DNA of 63,886 bases, the filler included, from Lama guanicoe (lineage: Eukaryota), in NCBI GenBank assembly GCA_013239625.1. It is 80 parts of 78 records of this genome, joined end to end, with 100 filler letters (N's around TTAATTAATTAA, not from the genome) between each part and the next. Parts side by side here need not be neighbours in the genome. Positions count along the whole stretch, not along the records: positions 25,516 to 26,094 come from PNXV01000900.1; positions 26,195 to 26,654 come from PNXV01000902.1; positions 26,755 to 27,254 come from MU053260.1; positions 27,355 to 27,877 come from PNXV01000907.1; positions 27,978 to 28,868 come from PNXV01000908.1; positions 28,969 to 29,914 come from PNXV01000910.1; positions 30,015 to 30,456 come from PNXV01000911.1; positions 30,557 to 31,312 come from MU053263.1; 72 more parts are not named here. One strand, written 5' to 3'. The notes under the pieces are model-generated. The model worked only from the letters and a program-made list of their open reading frames with translations. It had not been told where the DNA came from and ran no database searches. The translations under genes and the position numbers were made by a program. Positions 25,516-37,287 of this stretch are shown here, piece by piece. How positions within the stretch are numbered: the stretch's first letter is position 1; each line of letters begins with the position of its first letter.

Positions 25516-26094
25516 GAAACACACTGACAACCCAGAGTGAGTGTTTCTCCTACATCTCGTTCCCTTTGTGCTAGATGAACCAACGTCTCTCCACACGCTC
25601 TGTTCTGAGAGTTAAACGAGTGTGAAAGCCGTCCTTCACATATCTTGTTTTGTACACAAAGTTTCTCTTCAGTTGCATACTCCACTCCATACATATATAT
25701 GGGTAGGTACAATCTCAAAGTCGGATTTACAGTGAATACTGCAGGAACTTCAAATCGGTACTAGGAACACACTGAGAATCCAGAGTGAGTGTTTCTCATG
25801 CAACCCATTCTCTTTGTGCCAGAAGAACGAATGTTCTCCACATGCTCCCTTCTGAGAGAAAAGCGTTTGTGAAAGCCGTCCTTCACCTAGCTTGTTGGGA
25901 ACACAAAATTTCTCTTCAGTTGCAAACTCAACTCCATGGTACATGCTCCAAGTCAGTTTTACAGTGAAAAATGCAGGAACTTCAAACCGGCACCAGGAAT
26001 CACACTCAGAAACCTGAGTGATTCTTTCCCCTGCAACAAGTTCAACTTGTGCTAGATGAAACAACGTCTCTACACATGCTCATTTCAGAGACTT
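25516..26094 (+). repeat. Satellite family A
   Basis: Repeated gtgaaagccgtccttcac and gcaggaacttcaaa motifs; one monomer is shortened around 25940. Confidence 0.95.
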
Positions 26095-26194
26095 NNNNNN
26101 NNNNNNNNNNNNNNNNNNNNNNNNNNNNNNNNNNNNNNTTAATTAATTAANNNNNNNNNNNNNNNNNNNNNNNNNNNNNNNNNNNNNNNNNNNN

Positions 26195-26654
26195 GCAGGA
26201 GAAACTTTCTCTGTTTCCTCAATCGCATTACAAGTGCCAGTGAGTTTACTGCATTTTTTAGGGTAATACCGAGTTGGAGCTTGTACCTCCACATACATAT
26301 GTATGTAGTGGTGTTTGCAACTGAAAAGAATCTTTGAGATTCTTCAAGCTAGTTGAAGGACTGCTTTCACACACACTTATCGCTCAGAAATGACCATGTG
26401 GAGAGATGTTCATCCATCCAGCACAAAGGGAACGGGATTCAGGATTCAGGAGAATCTCTTACTCTGGTTTATCAGTCTGTTTCCTAGTTCCGGGATGAAG
26501 TTTCTGCAATTTTCAGTGTAAAACCGATTTGAGCTTGTACGTCCCCATATATGTTTCGATATTGGGGTTTGCTACTGAAATGTTACCTTGTGTTCCCTTC
26601 AAGCAATGTGAAGGAAAGCTTTTACACACAATTAATTTTCAGATCTGAGCATGT
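26195..26654 (-). repeat. Satellite family A, reverse orientation
   Basis: Reverse complement contains acatgctcagatctgaaaattaattgtgtgtaaaagc and ggaggtacaagctccaactcgg. Confidence 0.95.
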
Positions 26655-26754
26655 NNNNNNNNNNNNNNNNNNNNNNNNNNNNNNNNNNNNNNNNNNNNTT
26701 AATTAATTAANNNNNNNNNNNNNNNNNNNNNNNNNNNNNNNNNNNNNNNNNNNN

Positions 26755-27254
26755 TATTCTGCATTCCGTATTCTATATTCTATATTCTGTGTTCTACAAT
26801 GTTTATAATAAAATCTATATTTAGTATTCTGTATTGAATATTCTAAATTTTGTGTTCTTCATTCCATGTTCTAAATTCTGGGTTCTATATTTTCTATTCT
26901 GTATTATATAATCTGTGTTCTACATTCTATATTNNNNNNNNNNNNNNNNNNNNNNNNTGTGTATTATATTCTAAATTCTGTGTTCTGCATTCCAATTTCT
27001 TATTACTATATTCAGTATTCTGTATTCTATATTCTGTGTTCTATATTCTATATTCTATATTCTATAATCAGTATTCTGTTTTCTATAGTCTAAATTCTGT
27101 GTTATGCATTCCATGTTTAAAATACTGGGTTTTATATTCTGTTTTCCATTTTCTATATTCTGTGATCTTTATTCAATATTCTGTATTCTATATTCTGCAT
27201 TCTGAATTCTATGTTCTATTTTCTATGTTCTACATTCTATATTCTAAATTCTAT
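26755..27254 (+). repeat. Satellite family D (NATTCTR heptamers)
   Basis: tattcta/tattctg/aattctg/tgttcta heptamer array. Confidence 0.95.
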
Positions 27255-27647
27255 NNNNNNNNNNNNNNNNNNNNNNNNNNNNNNNNNNNNNNNNNNNNTT
27301 AATTAATTAANNNNNNNNNNNNNNNNNNNNNNNNNNNNNNNNNNNNNNNNNNNNAGTCTACCCTCCCAGACCCTGCAGACTCTGCAACTTCCCAAGACAC
27401 ACATGTGGCCATGACCCTCCCTTCAGATTTCTTCCTGGCTGTCCCTGCCCACCCCACGGCTCCTTAAAGATAAATGGCATTATTCTGAAAATCGCAAACG
27501 CCGCTGACAGACACACCAAAGCTGCATGGTCTGGGCTCTCCTCAAATACAGGCACAGCCCTCACACCCTCAGCCTCAGTCTGCAGCTCTCGAGATGATCT
27601 AATTCACATGCAAGGCTGTGAACACCAGCTAAGAGTGAGGACTCCAA

Positions 27648-27877
27648 ATGTGAAAGCCCAGCTGGGCTAACAAGGTAAGTCACAAATCTAAGTGCAACAA
27701 GTGTCGGATTACTGATCTGAGTTTTGCTGGGCTAACTCATAAATCTAAAGTTTAGTGTCAGTATACTGGACTAACAAGCTAACTCGTAAATCCAGGCTCA
27801 ACAAGTGTCAATAACATGATCTGTTCCGAATTTATAAGCTTCAGTGTACTGATTCCTTGCTTTTTGTTGTTTGAGCC
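27648..27877. mobile_element. Possible LTR 5' portion with internal tandem duplication, next to an L2-like remnant (27585-27648)
   Basis: Begins TGTGA. The unit ctgg.ctaacaag.taa.tc..aaatc.a.g..caacaagtgtc...tgatctg repeats about 104 bp apart. Confidence 0.3.
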
Positions 27878-28649
27878 NNNNNNNNNNNNNNNNNNNNNNN
27901 NNNNNNNNNNNNNNNNNNNNNTTAATTAATTAANNNNNNNNNNNNNNNNNNNNNNNNNNNNNNNNNNNNNNNNNNNNATTCTTGAGTGTATGGTGCATTT
28001 TTTCTAGAACCAACACACGCCACCGTAGTAACACTGCTTTGACCATGTGCTGGGACAGCGAATGCTTGCCAGTTCTTGGGTTTAAATTTTCTGTTCTAAT
28101 TTCTAAAATGGGGTATATTGACAGATACACTCCATGTAAACAGAAGCTCTGTGGGGTTTTCAGCAACTTCTAAGAGCATAAATATTCCTGAAGCAGCTAA
28201 TCTTCCTCCCAACAAGTGAGGAGCAAGCCAGCAAGTCATTGGTGACTGTGACGGCCAAGCTGTGCAACCCAGGCTGCTCACTGAGGAGCAAGGAGAAAAT
28301 TTTAAAAACCTACTTCCATGCTGTCTTTCACAGAATCTCAGAAATGAACGAAAAGAGGAATGATTTTTTAAATAATTTTTTTCCTTTTTCAGTTTTATTA
28401 GGTAGAATTATTACAGTTCAACTTCACATACACATACTGCATATAAATACATGTATAGAGTTTACTGCATTTTTGTAGTTTAGATATATGTACTAATTAT
28501 TTTCTAAGAACAGATTAGAAATTTAGATTTTTAAAATCACAGTTACCAGAGGAATAAGGACATTTACAAAAGAATAGTAAACAGAATATGGTAATCCAAT
28601 CACAAAGGACAGTCAGATGTGCTTACATATATTCAAGAAATCAAAATAA

Positions 28650-28868
28650 TATTTAGTTCATTTGTGGTCTTATTATTATTGCTATTAATTTTAGATTCCC
28701 CATAAAAGAAATCACATGGCATTTTTCTTTCCCTTTCCACCCACTTCACTTAGAATGATGGTCTTCAGGTCCATGAAGTTGCTGCAAATGGCATCTTTTA
28801 TGGCTGAGTAGTATTCCACTGTATATATGTATCAGCTCGTCTTTATCCAGTCATGTGCTGAAGGACAT
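28650..28868 (-). mobile_element. L1 3' region fragment
   Basis: ttttagattccccat..cttcacttagaatga..gttgctgcaaatggcat..tatggctgagtagtattcc. Confidence 0.85.
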
Positions 28869-29094
28869 NNNNNNNNNNNNNNNNNNNNNNNNNNNNNNNN
28901 NNNNNNNNNNNNTTAATTAATTAANNNNNNNNNNNNNNNNNNNNNNNNNNNNNNNNNNNNNNNNNNNNACCTTAAAAAAAAGAAATCTACTGCTGAAAAT
29001 GAAATTCTGTCATGTATACTGACCATAACTATAAAGGCTCTAAATTAATGCTCCCTTCACTGTTTCCCTACCAACATAGGACAATATCATCGCT

Positions 29095-29914
29095 TTCAAA
29101 TTCCATTTATGTTAGATGAATGAACACCTCTCCACATGCTCAATTCTGACAATTGAATGTGTGTGAAAGTCTTCAATCACCTAGCTTGTTGGGAACACAC
29201 AGTTTCTTTTCAGTGGGAAAATACACGACATACATATATATGGGGAGGTCCTAGCTCCAACTCGGTTTTACAGAGAAAACTGCATGAACTTCAAACTGGC
29301 ACTAAGAAACATACTGAGAAATCACAATAAGTGTTTCTATGGCTCCTCAATCCCTTTATGCTACATTAACGAACTCATCTCCACATGCTCAATTCTGAGA
29401 GATGAATGTGTGTGTAATCGGTCAATGACCTATCTTGTTGGGACCATACAGTTTCTTTAAAGTATGGAACTAATCTACATATATATATATATGGATAGGT
29501 AGTAGCTTCAACACGGTTTTACACTGAAAACTGCATAAACTTCAAACCGGCACTAGGAAGCATACTTAGAAATCACAGTAAGTGTTTCATATGTTATAAA
29601 ATCCCTTTATGCTACATGAACGAACGGCTCAACACATGTTCGATTCTGAGAGTTGAATGTGCGTGAAAGCCATCAATCAACTAGCTTGTTGTGAACACAC
29701 AGTTTCTTTTCAATTGGAAACTAAACTATATCTATATGGCTAGATACTAGCACCAACCTGGTATTACAGTGAAAACTGCATGAACTTCAAACTGGACCTA
29801 GGAAAAATAATGAGAAACCAGAAAAAGTGTTTCTACTGCAACCCATTGCCTTCACCATAGATGAACGAACGCCTCTCTCCATGCTCAGTTCTGAGAGTTG
29901 AATGTGTGCAAAAG
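29095..29914 (+). repeat. Satellite family A, diverged subfamily at an array edge
   Basis: ccacatgctc anchors at about 29131, 29380, 29631 and 29876; preceded by ~125 bp of non-satellite sequence. Confidence 0.92.
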
Positions 29915-30014
29915 NNNNNNNNNNNNNNNNNNNNNNNNNNNNNNNNNNNNNNNNNNNNTTAATTAATTAANNNNNNNNNNNNNNNNNNNNNNNNNNNNNN
30001 NNNNNNNNNNNNNN

Positions 30015-30456
30015 GTAAGAAAAGTAAAAGGGGTCTAAATTGGAAAAGAAGAGGTAAAAGTGTTACTCTATGCAGATGACACGATACTATATCTAGAAAA
30101 CTCTGAAAGGTCCACACAAAAGCTACTAGAGCTGATCGAAGGATTTATCAAGGTAGGAGGTTACAAGATTAATGTTCAAAAATCAGTAGCATTTCTTTAC
30201 ACAAATGATGAATCAACAGAAAAAGAAGTAAAGAAAAAACAATCCCCTTTAAAATAGCACCCAAAGTAATAAAATATCTAGGAATAAATCTAACCACAGA
30301 GGTTAGAGAATTATACACAGAAAACTATAAAACATTGGTGAAGGAAATTTAAAAAAATTTAAAAAATTGAAAGGTATCCCATTCTCTTGGATTGCAAGAA
30401 TCAATAATGTTAAAATGGTCACACTGCCCAAGGCAGTCTACAGATTTAATGCAATC
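30015..30456 (+). mobile_element. Young LINE-1 ORF2 reverse transcriptase fragment
   Basis: [48 protein letters not shown] contains the YADD catalytic motif; frameshifted downstream. Confidence 0.97.
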
Positions 30457-30556
30457 NNNNNNNNNNNNNNNNNNNNNNNNNNNNNNNNNNNNNNNNNNNN
30501 TTAATTAATTAANNNNNNNNNNNNNNNNNNNNNNNNNNNNNNNNNNNNNNNNNNNN

Positions 30557-31312
30557 ACAGCAGCGCCTGGGTTCTAACTGAATCCCTTTGCTTGTCTTCC
30601 CTGATATAAAACCTAGGACTGAGTGCGGGGGACAGTGTGGTTTGGGCTCCGAAACCAAGTATTTGCGATGACCTCTCTATGGTTTTTGGAGGTGTTTAAG
30701 CTACATCCCTAACCTGGGAACACCTGTGCCCCCATAAAGATCCGTGGAGTCTGTTTCCACACCTCCAGCACACACACGAACACTTGCACAGTTATCCTGA
30801 GTGTGGGCAGCCTCCTCCAACTGAGAGAAGGGCCTTGGTTCTAATAAAATCGCTTAAATTGTCTACCCTGTTTGGTTGCCTGATAGGGAGTGCTGTGGAA
30901 AGGGTGGGTTGGGCTCTAAATCCAAGTATTAGCGAGTGCTTCTCCATGGGATTTGGAGGTTATTAACCAAAAGCCCACAACATGGGAATACCTGTGCTCC
31001 TTGAAAAAAGCGTGGACTCTGNNNNNNNNNNNNNNNNNNNNNNNNNNNNNNNNNNNNNNNNNNNNNNNNNNNNNNNNNNNNNNNNNNNNNNNNNNNNNNN
31101 NNNNNNNNNNNNNNNNNNNNNNNNNNNNNNNNNNNNNNNNNNNNNNNNNNNNNNNNNNNNNNNNNNCCTGGGGGTTGGGCTTTGTGGCCAAATAGTATCG
31201 AGTGTCCCCGATGGACTGAGGAAGTATTTAGATGAATTCTCCATAAAGGGAAACACCTGTACCCCCATTCATCTGCGTGCAGTGGGGCTTCAAATCTCCC
31301 CACAACACAAGG
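30557..31312 (-). repeat. Satellite family C
   Basis: acagcagcgcctgggttctaactgaatccc.. and cacctccagcacacacacgaa motifs; period ~266. Confidence 0.92.
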
Positions 31313-31412
31313 NNNNNNNNNNNNNNNNNNNNNNNNNNNNNNNNNNNNNNNNNNNNTTAATTAATTAANNNNNNNNNNNNNNNNNNNNNNNNNNNNNNNN
31401 NNNNNNNNNNNN

Positions 31413-31945
31413 TATAGAAAGCTGTGGAAGTCTTGTGGAAGAGGAAACCTGAGGAAAGTGTTTTGTACATGGTCGGAAATGGCCAAGTTTAGAATCAACT
31501 TGGGCAAAGTAAATGAATATTAGAAGTAAGCTGGTACAAGACTAGAATTGGTTTTCTCACTGTTAAGAGGACAAAATTTTCTTAAAATGATAATCCACCT
31601 TCAGTAACAAATTGTAAAACTTCTTATAACACTTAACTGACTTGTTCTGCCTTTACCTTATTATCTTTTTAATGAATAAGTACTACTTTACAGTGATCTA
31701 TATGTTTATCTGACCAAGTGTTTTGAAATCTTTCTAAAGGCTCCCCAGATATCAATTTCTAATTAAAGTTCTTTTAATCTCCAGTTAAGTTTGGGATGCT
31801 ACAGAGGGCCCCTGAAACATCCCAAAGAGAGATTTTAAACAACTAAGTTTCATTTGGCATGGTAAATAACATGGTATTGTCAAATGAATCATAAACCTTC
31901 CTAGGTTATATTGTATGAGAAAATATTATTAATATAGATATTACA
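31413..31945 (+). mobile_element. ERV1 (MER4-group-like) non-autonomous internal fragment
   Basis: ttgggatgctacagagggcccctgaaacatcccaaagagag..aaccttcctaggttatattgtatg resembles recalled ERV1-type internal consensus segments. Confidence 0.5.
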
Positions 31946-33218
31946 NNNNNNNNNNNNNNNNNNNNNNNNNNNNNNNNNNNNNNNNNNNNTTAATTAATTA
32001 ANNNNNNNNNNNNNNNNNNNNNNNNNNNNNNNNNNNNNNNNNNNNCCTATGTGGAAGTGAGAAATGAGACCCTTGGGTGGGGCTTTTTGCAGATTATACT
32101 GAGAGCTTATTCAGTATGGCTTCTTCTTAATTTCTTTTAAACAACCCTTTCATTGTATTTAGTCAGATACATTAAGAACATTCCCTTTTGATGTGCAGAG
32201 GAGCTAAGACTAAAGTTTTCAAATAATTTCTAGTGAGAATGTTGTACTTGAAACCTAATTTGCATCAATCTTTGAAGATTAATGTTTCAGGAGCTTTGAC
32301 TAAAGAACACCTGTCTTTATTCAATAACGACAACTAAATGCTCAAGAAACATGTAAGAGTTTGAGCAAACTGCCCCTGCCCTGTAGTGCTGGGTGGCTGC
32401 AGCTGTAACTGGAGTCCGTGTTTACCTCTCCCAGTATGCTTGTGCTGATCTGCTCAAAGGGGCTCGTCCAACAGTTTATCAGTAGTCTGTTGGACAAAGT
32501 CATAAAACATTGATTGAAAGTTGCTAGAATGAAATATATTCTTATTAATATTAAGTAAGCACATATTGAGTGCTTACTGTATGATGGAATTGTCCCTCAG
32601 CCTCACATGAATATTATTTCTCTTAAAACCACCCTGTTATTCTCACTTTACTGATAAGGAGACTGAGAATTAGGTCTTCTCTCTTTTGGTGGGGGCTCAT
32701 TATCAATGATAGGAAGTTGTAAGGAAAAAGATATTGATTCATCCTAAGAAAACATTTTTCTGAGTGTCAGCAATGAAGAAGTTGAACACTGAAGAAGGTG
32801 TTCATTGTTCGAGTGAGACAAGTCCTTGGTTGTACGGAGTCAGCATCCCTGTCCTGGACACGCTACGAGTAGAGCTGTGTGGTGGGTGAGGCGGCGCGGC
32901 CGCGCAGGGAACGCGGATGCTGAGCCGNNNNNNNNNNNNNNNNNNNNNNNNNNNNNNNNNNNNNNNNNNNNTTAATTAATTAANNNNNNNNNNNNNNNNN
33001 NNNNNNNNNNNNNNNNNNNNNNNNNNNTGAAAGCAGAGCCATGCTCAGAAACTAACGGGTATTTCTAGGGGCCAGATATGAAGCACAGTGAGTGTGGCCT
33101 GTTCAGGAATCAGAGGGCAGGCTGCCAGGGCTGGAGGAGAGTGTCAAGGGAAGTGTGGTACAGGTAGGGTTCAGACCACGTGGGGACCTGACAGGCTGGG
33201 ATAAGGAGCCTGGACTTC

Positions 33219-33533
33219 CAGTCATCCCTTGGTAACCATGGGGCACTGTTTCCAGGACTCCCCCCAGACGTCAACATCCATGGATGCTGATGCCTCTTGT
33301 ATAAGATGACTTAGGAGTTGCATGAGACTCATGTACACCCTTCCATCTACTTTTTTTATATATATGCAAACTTTTTTTTTGAGATGTAGTCATTTTACAA
33401 CATTGTATCAAATTCCAGCATACAGCACAAGTTTTCAGTTATACATGAATATACACATATATTTGTTGTCACTTTCTCTTTCGCTGTGTCCTCCTGTGTA
33501 CTTTAAATTATCTCTAGATTACTCATGGTATCT
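33219..33533 (+). mobile_element. MER2 (Tigger2-derived TcMar element) interrupted by an L1 tail
   Basis: cagtcatcccttggtaaccatgggg..ttccaggactcccc..atccatggatgct matches the MER2 5' end. After the insertion it resumes at 33489 with tcctcctgtgtactttaaattatctctagattac. Confidence 0.8.
33354..33488 (-). mobile_element. 5'-truncated young L1 3' end inserted in MER2
   Basis: Poly-T then gtagtcattttacaacattgtatcaaattccagc..ttttcagttatacatgaatatacacatat; reverse complement resembles 23630-23730. Confidence 0.75.
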
Positions 33534-34283
33534 NNNNNNNNNNNNNNNNNNNNNNNNNNNNNNNNNNNNNNNNNNNNNNNNNNNNNNNNNNNNNNNNNNN
33601 NNNNNNNNNNNNNNNNNNNNNNNNNNNNNNNNNNNNNNNNNNNNNNNNNNNNNNNNNNNNNNNNNNNNNNNNNNNNNNNNNNNNNNNNNNNNNNNNNNNN
33701 NNNNNNNNNNNNNNNNNNNNNNNNNNNNNNNNNNNNNNNNNNNNNNNNNNNNNNNNNNNNNNNNNNNNNNNNNNNNNNNNNNNNNNNNNNNNNNNNNNNN
33801 NNNNNNNNNNNNNNNNNNNNNNNNNNNNNNNNNNNNNNNNNNNNNNNNNNNNNNNNNNNNNNNNNNNNNNNNNNNNNNNNNNNNNNNNNNNNNNNNNNNN
33901 NNNNNNNNNNNNNNNNNNNNNNNNNNNNNNNNAGGACCGCATGCCATCTCGTACTCTTACTGGAACTAGCTGATAGCAATGAGGGACGCCGAGGAACCGG
34001 GGACACGTCACGTGTGGGGCGATCCTGGCCACCAGGTGCAGGGTTCACATAGCTGGGACCCAGTTTGCAAGATCAAAATAACAAGGGTAGAGAGGGGCTG
34101 CCTCAGCCCCGGGATCCTGACAACGGCCACAGCTCCGTGACTCCAGCTAATGCGGCTCCCCTATTAAGCCAGAAAAAGGAAACNNNNNNNNNNNNNNNNN
34201 NNNNNNNNNNNNNNNNNNNNNNNNNNNTTAATTAATTAANNNNNNNNNNNNNNNNNNNNNNNNNNNNNNNNNNNNNNNNNNNN

Positions 34284-34928
34284 TCGGCAGCGCGTGGGTT
34301 CTAACGGAATGCCTAAGCTCGACTCCCCTTTGCTGTTTCCTAATATCTGTGTGCCAGGGAATGCTAGGGGGGTTTGCAGGAAATCCCAGTGACAGAGGCT
34401 GCCTCCCCAAGGTCAGGGAAGGTATTTCTCAAAATTCCCCCTAACAGGGAACACCTGTGNNNNNNNNNNNNNNNNNNNNNNNNNNNNNNNNNNNNNNNNN
34501 NNNNNNNNNNNNNNNNNNNNNNNNNNNNNNNNNNNNNNNNNNNNNNNNNNNNNNNNNNNNNNNNNNNNNNNNNNNNNNNNNNNNNNNNNNNNNNNNNNNN
34601 NNNNNNNNNNNNNNNNNNNNNNNNNNNNNNNNNNNNNNNNNNNNNNNNNNNNNNNNNNNNNNNNNNNNNNGTACAGAGACGCCTCCCCAAGTTCAGGGAA
34701 GGTATTTCCCAGAATTCCCCTTAACAGGGAACACCTGTCACTGAAGAGAGCTGCGTGGAGTTCTCTCTCGGGCTCCCCACGCACTGACAATGGTTCCGGA
34801 ATCCTGAGCGTGGGGAGGTTCCACCAACGTTCGGCAGCGAGTGGGTTCTAACGGAAAGCCTAAGCTCAACTCCCCTGGTTTTTTTCGTAATGTCTCTGTG
34901 CCAGGGAATGCTAGGGGTGTTTGCAGGA
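34284..34928 (-). repeat. Satellite family B, reverse orientation
   Basis: Reverse complement of the B monomer (gttccggaatcctgagcgtggggaggttccaccaacg). Confidence 0.96.
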
Positions 34929-35586
34929 NNNNNNNNNNNNNNNNNNNNNNNNNNNNNNNNNNNNNNNNNNNNTTAATTAATTAANNNNNNNNNNNNNNNN
35001 NNNNNNNNNNNNNNNNNNNNNNNNNNNNTTCCCTTGGCACTCCAGAAGGCCTGTGGTTGTCCCCATGGGTTTGAGGCTATATGTGGCACACAAAAGTCTC
35101 TGCCTTTGCCACAATTTCAAAGCCTTTTTGGCTTATGAAAGGTTTTGCCCTCAAATGGAGTTTTCTTGAGTCCAGTCACTGATGTCATTTACCAGAGTTA
35201 CAGTCCAGATCTGATATTCTAGACTCTTAAAATCTTGCAGACATTCAAATGGTTCAGGTTTGNNNNNNNNNNNNNNNNNNNNNNNNNNNNNNNNNNNNNN
35301 NNNNNNNNNNNNNNNNNNNNNNNNNNNNNNNNNNNNNNNNNNNNNNNNNNNNNNNNNNNNNNNNNNNNNNNNNNNNNNNNNNNNNNNNNNNNNNNNNNNN
35401 NNNNNNNNNNNNNNNNNNNNNNNNNNNNNNNNNNNNNNNNNNNNNNNNNNNNNNNNNNNNNNNNNNNNNNNNNNNNNNNNNNNNNNNNNNNNNNNNNNNN
35501 NNNNNNNNNNNNNNNNNNNNNNNNNNNNNNNNNNNNNNNNNNNNNNNNNNNNNNNNNNNNNNNNNNNNNNNNNNNNNNNNNNNNNN

Positions 35587-35797
35587 CGGTTGGTGGTAAA
35601 TTGGTGCAGCCTCTATGGAGGACAGAAGAGAGGTTCCATAAAAAAATGAAAATAGACTTCTGTGTGATCCAGCAATCCCATTCATGGGTATATGTTTGGA
35701 GAAAAAAAAAATTCAAAAAGACACATGCTCCCCAATGTTAACAGCAGTACTATTTAAAATAGCCAAGACACTGAAACAACCCAAATGTTCACTGACA
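35587..35797 (+). mobile_element. LINE-1 ORF2 3' end fragment
   Basis: aaattggtgcagcctctatggag..tgatccagcaatccca..aatagccaagac..gaaacaacccaaatgt. Confidence 0.9.
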
Positions 35798-35897
35798 NNN
35801 NNNNNNNNNNNNNNNNNNNNNNNNNNNNNNNNNNNNNNNNNTTAATTAATTAANNNNNNNNNNNNNNNNNNNNNNNNNNNNNNNNNNNNNNNNNNNN

Positions 35898-36736
35898 CCA
35901 TGGGAAGTTGAGGTGTTTAACAAACAACCCCCAACAAGGGAATACCATTGCCCCCTTGAATATGCGTGGACACTGTTTCTCCACCAACAACACACACACG
36001 AAGAAGTTTTCTGGAATCCTGAGCATGGGGAGGCTACTCCAAATGACAGCAGCACCTGGGTTCTATTAGAATCCCTTAGCTTGTGTTCCCTGAGTGTTTA
36101 CATAGGCCAGGCTTTGATCTAATGTGGGGTTTGGTCTCTATAGCTAGGTTTTAGCGAGTGCCTCTCTATGGGCATGGAGGTTTTTAAAACTACATCCCTA
36201 ACCTTTAAACACCTGCCCCCCATATAAATGCGTGGTCTCTCTTTCCCCACCTCCAGCACACCCACGAAGAATAGTTCTGTTATACTGAGTGTGGGTAGGA
36301 ACCTCCAAATGACAGCAGTAACTGGGAAATTATAATATCATTAGGCTTGCTTTCCCTGAGTGTTTCCATTGGCCAGGGTGTGAGCGAAGTTGGGTGTTGG
36401 GCACTAAAGACTAGTAATAGCGAGTGCCTCTCTATGGGCAGTGGAGGTGTTTAAAATACATCCCCAAAGTTGGAACAACTCTGCCCCCCAAAGAATTCGT
36501 CGACCCTGTTTCCCCTCCTCCAGCACACACACGAAGATGGGTTGAGGTTTCCTGAGTGTGGGGAGGCACCTACAACTGACAGCAGGGCCTGGGTTCTAAT
36601 ACAATCCATTAACTTGTCTTCACTGATAGCTAGCCTAGGTGGGAGTGCGGGGGAATGTGAGGGTTGGGCTCTAAACCAAGTACTTTAGAGTGCCTCTCCA
36701 TGGGATTTGAAGTGGTTTAACCTACAACCAAATATT
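35898..36736 (-). repeat. Satellite family C
   Basis: Three monomers with tgacagcag motifs about 267 bp apart. Confidence 0.93.
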
Positions 36737-36933
36737 NNNNNNNNNNNNNNNNNNNNNNNNNNNNNNNNNNNNNNNNNNNNTTAATTAATTAANNNNNNNN
36801 NNNNNNNNNNNNNNNNNNNNNNNNNNNNNNNNNNNNCCCCCCTCGGGTTCATAGGTACCTGAAACCCACCTTGGCCTGACACTTAACAGCTCTGAGCGAA
36901 ACACCCAATCCCCCGGAATCTTCGTTCACTCAC

Positions 36934-37050
36934 CTGTGAATGTAAGGAACGATCCCTCCTTCCATCCGGCCAATTTGTATTGATTGCTGTGCCACGGGTA
37001 CTGGTCAAGCCACCTGAGGTCCGTTAGTGAACAAATAAGGATCCTTGTCC
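36934..37050 (-). other. Candidate symmetric (phase 1-1) 117-nt coding exon, gene unidentified
   Basis: Acceptor gttctgctcctcctcagtcctatAG and donor CAG|GTGAGT. Only one frame is open: (G)TRILICSLTDLRWLDQYPWHSNQYKLAGWKEGSFLTFT(G). Confidence 0.45.
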
Positions 37051-37287
37051 CTATAGGACTGAGGAGGAGCAGAACATAAATTACAGTCGTGACATTCATG
37101 TGAAACATATGGTATTCTAGAAGGTGATAGAAATAATTTGATCAGGGAGAGGGGTTTTCTGGGGCAGAGACAAGGGGAAGGCAGTTTNNNNNNNNNNNNN
37201 NNNNNNNNNNNNNNNNNNNNNNNNNNNNNNNTTAATTAATTAANNNNNNNNNNNNNNNNNNNNNNNNNNNNNNNNNNNNNNNNNNNN

